Positions 25,885-32,000 of a DNA stretch of 32,000 bases are shown one piece after another. The stretch is from Erysipelotrichaceae bacterium (GTDB taxonomy: Bacteria > Bacillota_I > Bacilli_A > Erysipelotrichales > Erysipelotrichaceae): NCBI GenBank assembly GCA_030604855.1, contig JAUVVC010000004.1:1-32000 (forward strand), in the 5' to 3' direction. The notes under the pieces were generated by a model. The model searched no databases. It was not told the DNA's origin and saw only the letters and a program-made list of their open reading frames with translations. Position 1 is the first letter of the stretch. Every line of letters begins with the position of its first letter. The position numbers were made by a program, and so were the translations under genes.

Positions 25885-26984
25885 TAAGCATGACCCCCTT
25901 GACGTAGATATGGAAAATGCAAAGTAAAGGTACTTCCTACATGTTCATTACTCTCGACTTCGATGCGTCCACTGTGCATATTCACAACCGTTTGAACCAA
26001 AGCCAAACCTAAACCCAGTCCATCTTTTGCATGATGTTCACTGCGATAGAAAGGCTCAAATATATGATCAATGTCTTTAGCCGCAATGCCGCGTCCATTG
26101 TCTTTAACAGAGATGGTGAAGCAATCTTCATCAAAGTCCGTCTCAATCTCTACCGTACCATCCACATGATTGTATTTGATCGCATTCTCAACCAAATTAT
26201 ACAACGCTCGATACATCAATACTTGATTCCCATAACTAATCGGACCAGAATGCGTATGATAATTCAACTTAACACCCTTATCTTCAGCCAATAAACTCAA
26301 ATCATCCACCACATCCATGATCAATTCTTCCACATTCAACACATCATTCAAACTGTCCTGTCCTTCTTGCGAAGTATCCAACAAGGTCTCAACCAAGGCA
26401 TTCATCTTTTTGACCGTCTTCGACACCACATTCAAGGTGTTCTGATAATCCTCAATGGTCTTATCCGACTGCTCATTCAACACATCGATGTGCGTCTTGA
26501 TGACCGATAAAGGTGTCTTTAGTTCATGCGCCATACTCGCATTGAAGCGTTTTTGATAACTCAACGCCGCATCCAGTTTTGATGTGATCGCATTATGCGA
26601 CGCACGTATGTCTTCCAATTCCAAATAATCCTGCTTATGTGAGATGTTCTCCAAAGGATGAGAACGGATGGTTTTTCCCAATTGAACGATCGGCAACACA
26701 AGATGACGATAACCATAATGCAACAAGTAACCAGAAGCCAAAATCAGAAAAGCCACAAAACCGATCGTACGACTCGTAGGCATGACATCTGTAGCTAAAA
26801 CATTGGGTTCCACAGTGCGCGCATCTTCCAAGATCGCCATCTCGGCTTTTTGTGAAAACATGATTTCTTGGTCATTTTCAACTGGACGATTCATCCATGT
26901 GAAAACACCACCGATCGTCCCCAAGACAATCACCCATAATACTAGATAATGAACAACCTTTGTCTGTAAACTCTTGCGTTTCAT
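25884..26984 (-). CDS. Sensor histidine kinase (HisKA + HATPase_c)
   Basis: Two TM helices flank a loop of about 45 aa. The H-box is 'SMAHELKTPLS', the N-box 'LVENAIKYN', and the G-boxes 'DNGRGI' and 'GLGLGL'. Confidence 0.9.
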   Translation of the reverse strand: MKRKSLQTKVVHYLVLWVIVLGTIGGVFTWMNRPVENDQEIMFSQKAEMAILEDARTVEPNVLATDVMPTSRTIGFVAFLILASGYLLHYGYRHLVLPIVQLGKTIRSHPLENISHKQDYLELEDIRASHNAITSKLDAALSYQKRFNASMAHELKTPLSVIKTHIDVLNEQSDKTIEDYQNTLNVVSKTVKKMNALVETLLDTSQEGQDSLNDVLNVEELIMDVVDDLSLLAEDKGVKLNYHTHSGPISYGNQVLMYRALYNLVENAIKYNHVDGTVEIETDFDEDCFTISVKDNGRGIAAKDIDHIFEPFYRSEHHAKDGLGLGLALVQTVVNMHSGRIEVESNEHVGSTFTLHFPYLRQGGHA

Positions 26985-26985
26985 C

Positions 26986-27657
26986 TTAAGGATTCAGTCG
27001 GTAACCGACGCCTTTCACGGTCAAGATCACATCATCCCGTTCTGTAATCGCATGAATCTTCTTACGTAAAGCATAGATATGCACACGCATGACATCTGTA
27101 AACGGATCTGCTTCTTCATTCCAACATTTCTCCAACAACTCTTCAGCACTGACGATGTGATCTTGGTTCTGAAGCAGATAGGAGAAGATGGCATATTCCT
27201 TTACCGTCAAACCGATGACCTTCTCTTTGTATTTCACCTGATGCAAAGCCAAATCCAAACTGAAATCCCCACTGATCAAAATCGTGGGTTTAACGGAAAA
27301 ATCACGTCTCATCAACGCTCTTAAACGTGCTTTCAATTCTTGAAAATCAAAAGGCTTGATCAAATAATCATTCGCACCCTTATCCAAACCTGTGATCCTC
27401 TGATCCACGGTATGATTCGCACTCACGATCATGATCTTTGTCTGATCGTCTTCTTCACGAATGCTTTCCAACAGTTCCAAACCACTCATCTTTGGAAGAT
27501 TCAAATCTAAAACAATACAATCGTATTTATTATACGAAAGCAGATCCAAGGCATCCTCGGCACTCGTCACCGCATCAATGCCATAACCTTCTGCCTTCAA
27601 ACCTTTTTGATAGGCATTCAATAAATCTTGTTCATCTTCTACTAATAGAAGTTTCAT
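26986..27657 (-). CDS. OmpR-family response regulator
   Basis: Receiver domain 'KLLLVEDE..VLDLNLPKMSG..KPF' followed by a winged-helix output domain '..VHIYALRKKI..TVKGVGYRL'. Confidence 0.9.
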   Translation of the reverse strand: MKLLLVEDEQDLLNAYQKGLKAEGYGIDAVTSAEDALDLLSYNKYDCIVLDLNLPKMSGLELLESIREEDDQTKIMIVSANHTVDQRITGLDKGANDYLIKPFDFQELKARLRALMRRDFSVKPTILISGDFSLDLALHQVKYKEKVIGLTVKEYAIFSYLLQNQDHIVSAEELLEKCWNEEADPFTDVMRVHIYALRKKIHAITERDDVILTVKGVGYRLNP

Positions 27658-27773
27658 ACGCGTTTCCTCTTCATACTCATTATAAACAAGATGAAGATAA
27701 TTCCAAATTCGATCATCAATAAATGAATCCGATAGTCGCGTAGAATCTCAAACACTTCGCTCTTTGGTAACAT
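27654..27773 (-). CDS. Candidate 39-aa membrane micro-protein, translationally coupled to the response regulator (not in the ORF track)
   Basis: The product reads MLPKSEVFEILRDYRIHLLMIEFGIIFILFIMSMKRKRV. A GGAGGG RBS lies 7 nt upstream of ATG 27773. Its TGA stop overlaps the regulator ATG (ATGA). Confidence 0.5.
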   Translation of the reverse strand: MLPKSEVFEILRDYRIHLLMIEFGIIFILFIMSMKRKRV

Positions 27774-27860
27774 CGCTCATCCCTCCTACAGCTGTATCCT
27801 AGCAGAAAGAGGATTAAGTTAAGATTAAGACCCTTTTAACAAGCAAATCGATCGAATTTT

Positions 27861-28649
27861 TCAAAGTATCGGCGACTGTAATTCGAAAGACTTTATCCAT
27901 AAACTATTTTGTGAAGATCTTTGGACTTCCAAACGATGCATCTTCTGCCAATTAACTTTATCGACAACAGCATCTTCAATCAACTGTCCCTGATCAAAGC
28001 CAAGCATACGATGAAAGTATGGCAAGGTCTGTGCATCCCAACGATTCACCAACACACTCAAGCCTTCACACTCAACCAATTGATTCAAATGCGCCATCAA
28101 GCGCATCCACTGGGGATCCTTCAATCGAAACCAGAGAGCATCCAAAAGCAAGAGATCCGGTTTTTTCATCAATGCCTTCACGACGCTGACCAACATTCGA
28201 TCTTGCGAATTCAAACGATTTACCTGCTCATCAAACAAGTTCGTCAAACCCAAGGCATTCAAATGATACGAGGCTTGTTCCAAGGCGTTGGCTTTACGCC
28301 CAAACAAGATGGACTGTATGGGATGTCGATCCAAGACATGATCCAAAACACTTGTTTCAAGCGGAGCCGGATAATAAGGATTCACCAAAACAATCTGATG
28401 TTTAAGCTGTTTTCGCTCTTCCATACGAATGCGATTGATCTGTAAGTCCTTGAGTAAAATCAAGCCAAAGTCATAATTGATTTGTTGACCCAAAATGCGC
28501 ATCAAAAGACTCTCTGTTCTTTGGTCAGACGCAAGCAACCCAATAAAGGATCCCTTTGTGATGTCCAAATCCACGGCTTTCAAAACCATCGTTGTTTCAT
28601 GCCACTTACACACTTGTCGTAAGCGTACAATGGGTTTCTCGCGTATCAT
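27861..28649 (-). CDS. ABC-transporter ATPase homologue with degenerate catalytic motifs
   Basis: The protein is colinear with ABC nucleotide-binding domains, but Walker A reads GLLASDQRTES, the signature motif reads LNSQD, Walker B reads LLLLDA and the H-loop reads NRWD. An AAGGAG RBS lies 5 nt upstream of the ATG. Confidence 0.65.
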   Translation of the reverse strand: MIREKPIVRLRQVCKWHETTMVLKAVDLDITKGSFIGLLASDQRTESLLMRILGQQINYDFGLILLKDLQINRIRMEERKQLKHQIVLVNPYYPAPLETSVLDHVLDRHPIQSILFGRKANALEQASYHLNALGLTNLFDEQVNRLNSQDRMLVSVVKALMKKPDLLLLDALWFRLKDPQWMRLMAHLNQLVECEGLSVLVNRWDAQTLPYFHRMLGFDQGQLIEDAVVDKVNWQKMHRLEVQRSSQNSLWIKSFELQSPIL

Positions 28650-28728
28650 CGATGCTCCTTATTTGAACATAGTTTAACAAGCATCCCCATTGTGTTTGTT
28701 TAAATAGGGTAAGTGTTTTGTAAAAACG

Positions 28729-28757
28729 ATAAAACAAAAGTCGGTTTGCACCGACTT
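28729..28757 (-). terminator. Intrinsic terminator after htpG
   Basis: Minus-strand AAGTCGGT-GCAA-ACCGACTT hairpin followed by TTTTGTTTT. It overlaps the stop codon. Confidence 0.8.
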
Positions 28758-30645
28758 ACTTTGACGCATCAATCATCAATTGAGCGAGTTTATTTGAGAA
28801 TCCAATCGGATCCTCCAAGCTGAAGCCTTCAATCAACAAAGCCTGATCATATAAAAGCGATGCATAATCCTTAACCTTATCCACATCCACCTTACTCAAG
28901 GCATCCATTAAAGGATGATCACTGTTCAATTCAAGGATACGTTTCGCCTTGACATTCTGATCCTCATTGGGCATCTGAGCCAAGACTTTTTCCATCTCCA
29001 AGGAGATCCCCTCATCCGCAACCAAACAAACTGGATGTGACTTCAAACGTGTGCTCAAACGAACATCCACGACCTGGTCCTTCAAGGCTTCCTTCAAGAG
29101 TCCCAACAGATCTTTCTTCTCTTCCGCTTTATGTTTCAACGCTTCTTTTTCTTCTTCACTACTGAGATCCAAATCCCCTTGATTGATCGCCTTGAACGCC
29201 TTCTCTTTATATTGATTCAAGATGGAGAAGACAAATTCATCCACATCATCCACAAGATACAGAATCTCATAACCTTTTTCCTTCACCCATTCGGTTTGCG
29301 GCAAACGGTCACACTTCTCAACACTTTCACCTGAGACATAATAGATTTCCTTCTGATCTTCCGGCATGCGTGAGACATATTCTTCCAAAGACACCAACTT
29401 CTTATCACGACTGGATGTGAACAATAAGAGGTCTTCCAACAATTCACGTTGTGCCCCAAAGTTCGCATAGATTCCATATTTCAACTGTAAACCAAAATTC
29501 TTATAGAACTTCTCATAATTCTCACGATCCGTCTTAAGCATGCCCAAGAGTTCCGATTTGATCTTCTTCTCTAATCGTGACGCAATGGCTTTCAATTGAC
29601 GATCGTGTTGAAGCATTTCCCTGGAAATATTTAGTGATAGATCCGGTGAATCCACTAAACCTTTCACGAAACGGAACGCTTCTGGAATCAATTCCTTGGC
29701 ATTATCCAAGATGAACACACCTCTACTGTAAAGCTGTAAACCGGCTTGGTATTCCGATGAATAGAAGTTATACGGCACATGACTTGGAATAAACAATAAG
29801 GCATCAAAGGAGATCGTTCCTTCCAAGTTGGTGTGAATCACCTTCTGTGGATTCTGATAATCATTGAATTTACCTTGATAGAACTCATGGTAATCTTCTT
29901 CTTTCAAATCCGATTTGGAACGTTTCCATAAAGGAACCATTGAGTTCAAAGTCTTCAACTCCAATTGTGAGGATGTGACTTCACCCTTATCATCGTACTC
30001 CTTGACTTCTTCTTCCATTTGAATCGGATAACGGATATAGTCCGAATACTTCTTCACCAAACGCTTTAGCGTGTAGCTTTCTAAGTATTCCCCATACTTC
30101 TCTTCCTCTTCATCCTTCTTAATATGTAAGACTACTTTGGACCCAACCGGAAGCTTTTCTTCCAACTCATCCACACGATAGCCATCTTCACCCGTGGATT
30201 CAAAATGTACACTGGCGCCACCCTTGATGCTTTGGGTATAGACTTCCACTTTATCCGCAACCATGAATGCAGAGTAAAACCCCACCCCAAATTGCCCGAT
30301 GATGTCGATTTCTTCTTGTTTATCTTCAATGTTTTGCTTGAAGTTATATGAACCACTCTTGGCAATGACACCGAGGTTATCTTCCACCTCTTCACGTGTC
30401 ATCCCAATCCCATTGTCCGTAATGGTCAAGGTCCGTTCTTTCTCATTGACTTCAAGTCTGATCGTCAAATTGGTGCGATCCAATTGAATCGAATCGTCAC
30501 TCAATGACATGAAATATGCCTTATCCAAGGCATCTGATGCGTTGGAGATCAATTCTCTTAGAAAAATTTCCTTATGCGTATAAATGGAATGAATGACCAA
30601 ATCCAACAAACGTTTTGTCTCTGCTTTGTACTGTTTCTTTGCCAT
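28756..30645 (-). CDS. htpG: Molecular chaperone HtpG (Hsp90)
   Basis: The N-terminal GHKL motifs are 'IFLRELISNASDALDK', 'DNGIGMT' and 'IGQFGVGFYSAFMVA'. The length is 629 aa. Confidence 0.95.
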   Translation of the reverse strand: MAKKQYKAETKRLLDLVIHSIYTHKEIFLRELISNASDALDKAYFMSLSDDSIQLDRTNLTIRLEVNEKERTLTITDNGIGMTREEVEDNLGVIAKSGSYNFKQNIEDKQEEIDIIGQFGVGFYSAFMVADKVEVYTQSIKGGASVHFESTGEDGYRVDELEEKLPVGSKVVLHIKKDEEEEKYGEYLESYTLKRLVKKYSDYIRYPIQMEEEVKEYDDKGEVTSSQLELKTLNSMVPLWKRSKSDLKEEDYHEFYQGKFNDYQNPQKVIHTNLEGTISFDALLFIPSHVPYNFYSSEYQAGLQLYSRGVFILDNAKELIPEAFRFVKGLVDSPDLSLNISREMLQHDRQLKAIASRLEKKIKSELLGMLKTDRENYEKFYKNFGLQLKYGIYANFGAQRELLEDLLLFTSSRDKKLVSLEEYVSRMPEDQKEIYYVSGESVEKCDRLPQTEWVKEKGYEILYLVDDVDEFVFSILNQYKEKAFKAINQGDLDLSSEEEKEALKHKAEEKKDLLGLLKEALKDQVVDVRLSTRLKSHPVCLVADEGISLEMEKVLAQMPNEDQNVKAKRILELNSDHPLMDALSKVDVDKVKDYASLLYDQALLIEGFSLEDPIGFSNKLAQLMIDASK

Positions 30646-30654
30646 ACGTCTCCT

Positions 30655-30681
30655 TTAGCACTTTAATGATGTGAGTGCTAA
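30655..30681. promoter_or_regulatory. CIRCE element (HrcA operator) upstream of htpG
   Basis: TTAGCACTT-N9-GAGTGCTAA compared with the consensus TTAGCACTC-N9-GAGTGCTAA, one mismatch. It lies between the htpG -10 element and the RBS. Confidence 0.85.
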
Positions 30682-30684
30682 TAT

Positions 30685-30713
30685 ATTGTATCCTAGAGTT
30701 CACTAGATTTCAA
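30685..30713 (-). promoter_or_regulatory. Sigma-A promoter of htpG
   Basis: The minus strand reads TTGAAA (30708-30713), N17, TACAAT (30685-30690). Confidence 0.65.
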
Positions 30714-30904
30714 GCACCGACAATCAAATTGTAAATATGAAGACCTGCTTGACATCATGTTGTTTTGATTTACATTAAAGGTGTAAGCACGAGGCCTATC
30801 CTCGATGATATCCGATGAGGTTATCCATACTTTTAATGATATCCAGAACCAATGAAAATTTTTCATTATTTCGTGTGATTCATTAGGCGCATCCCACACA
30901 TCTG

Positions 30905-30913
30905 TGTTATAAT
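30905..30913 (+). promoter_or_regulatory. Extended -10 promoter of the DEAD-box helicase gene
   Basis: TGtTATAAT at 30905-30913, 33 nt upstream of the ATG. No good -35 element is present. Confidence 0.5.
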
Positions 30914-30946
30914 GCACCGGTATGTCTGCATACAGTTAGGAAAAAT

Positions 30947-32000
30947 ATGAAATTTAGTGAATTAAACTTATCGTTTGAACTTAATCGAGCCATCGAAGAA
31001 CTCGGCTATACAGAGGCTACACCAGTTCAAGCACAATGCATCCCGCCAGTCTTAGAGGGCAGAGATGTCATCGGTCAAAGTCAGACCGGAACAGGCAAAA
31101 CAGCAGCCTTTGGATTACCGCTCTTAGAAAAGTTGGTCGTATTAGACAAGCGTACACCGCAGATCTTGATCATGACTCCAACCCGTGAACTTGCGTTACA
31201 GGTTAGTCAAGAATTGCGTAAGTTTGCCAAATATAAAGAAGGCGTGAAAATCGTCACAGTCTATGGGGGCGAACCCATTACTGGACAGATTCGTGACTTG
31301 AAGGGTGGCGCTGACATCATTGTTGGTACACCAGGCCGAATTCAAGATCACATCGATCGTCGCACCTTGAAGTTCCATCAACTTAAAGCCTTGGTTTTGG
31401 ATGAGGCTGATGAAATGTTGAAGATGGGCTTCAAAGAAGCCATCGAACAGATCCTTCAAGATCTCCCTGAAGAGCGACAAACACTCCTCTTCTCCGCCAC
31501 GATGCCTAAGGCCATCTTAGACATCACCAACAACTACCAAAACAACCCGGTACACATCAAAACCAAACAAAAAGAAATGACCGTCAATACCGTTGAACAA
31601 GTTGTCTACGAAGTCAACCAAGGCGAAAAGGTCAAAGTATTGGTCCAATTGATGGAGTACTACCGCCCAGAAAGCAGTATGATCTTCTGTAACACCAAGA
31701 AGATGGTCGATGACCTCAGTGGGTTGATCGCTTCCAAGGGTTACAGCACCGCTTCCATTCATGGCGACATGAAACAGGAAATGCGCTCCTTGGTCATGGC
31801 CAAGTTCAAAGACAAGAAAGTCCAACACTTGATCTGTACCGACGTCGCAGCCCGCGGAATCGACATTGATGGTCTAGACATGGTCTTCAACTTCGATGTG
31901 CCCCAAGAAACAGAATACTACGTTCACCGTATCGGTCGTACCGGCCGAGCAGGTAAGTCTGGAATTTCCGTAACCTTGGTGACACCACGTCAACGTTATG
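30947..32000 (+). CDS. cshA: DEAD-box ATP-dependent RNA helicase, 3'-truncated by the window edge
   Basis: I translated this myself; it is absent from the ORF track because no stop codon lies in the window. The product begins MKFSELNLSFELNRAIEELGYTEATPVQAQ. It shows the Q motif, SQTGTGKT, PTRELA, DEAD, SAT, TDVAARGID and HRIGRTGRAG. A TAGGAA RBS is present. Confidence 0.9.
   Translation, partial: MKFSELNLSFELNRAIEELGYTEATPVQAQCIPPVLEGRDVIGQSQTGTGKTAAFGLPLLEKLVVLDKRTPQILIMTPTRELALQVSQELRKFAKYKEGVKIVTVYGGEPITGQIRDLKGGADIIVGTPGRIQDHIDRRTLKFHQLKALVLDEADEMLKMGFKEAIEQILQDLPEERQTLLFSATMPKAILDITNNYQNNPVHIKTKQKEMTVNTVEQVVYEVNQGEKVKVLVQLMEYYRPESSMIFCNTKKMVDDLSGLIASKGYSTASIHGDMKQEMRSLVMAKFKDKKVQHLICTDVAARGIDIDGLDMVFNFDVPQETEYYVHRIGRTGRAGKSGISVTLVTPRQRY

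Noticed and set aside
27771-27780. An upstream ATG (27780) opening a 10-codon frame ahead of the 39-aa micro-ORF.
   Set aside because: This ATG abuts the GGAGGG element with zero spacing, so that RBS cannot serve it. The ATG at 27773 has the correct 7-nt spacing.
30737-30778. A 13-codon Cys-rich micro-ORF (MKTCLTSCCFDLH).
   Set aside because: It has no RBS. The sequence also contains a TTGACA-N16-TACATT promoter-like motif, so the ATG is probably fortuitous.
30693-30917. A 74-aa minus-strand ORF in the htpG/helicase intergenic region.
   Set aside because: It has a GTG start without an RBS and overlaps the htpG promoter and the helicase promoter. No family features were seen.
1-32000. A search of the whole window for mobile elements, prophage genes, CRISPR arrays, tRNA or rRNA.
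   Set aside because: I saw no integrase, transposase or recombinase motifs, no long terminal inverted repeats, no regularly spaced ~30-bp repeats and no cloverleaf-like or rRNA-like segments. The only long-range similarity is between the two AKR paralogues.

Overview
This window reads as a densely packed chromosomal region of a low-GC Gram-positive (Bacillota-like) genome. That taxonomic call is a guess from gene order, lipoboxes, a CIRCE element and AGGAGG-type ribosome-binding sites (RBS). All family calls come from reading motifs by eye, with no database search. About 33 protein genes are supportable, and most are housekeeping. These include udp, rmuC, a flavodoxin plus three aldo-keto reductases, nrdD-nrdG, a ROK kinase and a COG1373-type AAA ATPase. 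They also include cyclophilin, an M24 peptidase, the conserved block comFA-comFC-csp-secA-prfB, a PadR pair, an OmpR/HK two-component system, htpG and a 3'-truncated DEAD-box helicase that is missing from the ORF track. I found no rRNA, tRNA, CRISPR array, transposase or integrase. The non-coding elements I can read directly are listed here.
- A cobalamin riboswitch lies in the nrdDG leader.
- A MerR-type promoter with a 19-bp spacer and a dyad operator precedes the flavodoxin/AKR operon.
- A CIRCE (HrcA) operator precedes htpG.
- The prfB gene carries the CTT TGA C +1 frameshift site.
- A repeat operator precedes padR.
- Many intrinsic terminators are present.

I do not see a clear-cut novel multi-gene system. 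The most unusual locus is a minus-strand module at 25327-28649. It encodes an ABC-ATPase homologue with every catalytic motif replaced, an unannotated 39-codon membrane micro-ORF, a response regulator, a histidine kinase and a HAD hydrolase. Their stop and start codons overlap, and no permease gene is present. Other items worth a second look:
- a MazG-like gene paired with an unknown 82-aa gene, next to a 12-bp periodic repeat array;
- a divergent pair of zinc-ribbon membrane proteins;
- a G-tract frameshift in a lipoprotein gene;
- a 28-codon hydrophobic micro-ORF behind a terminator-like hairpin;
- candidate leaderless genes.
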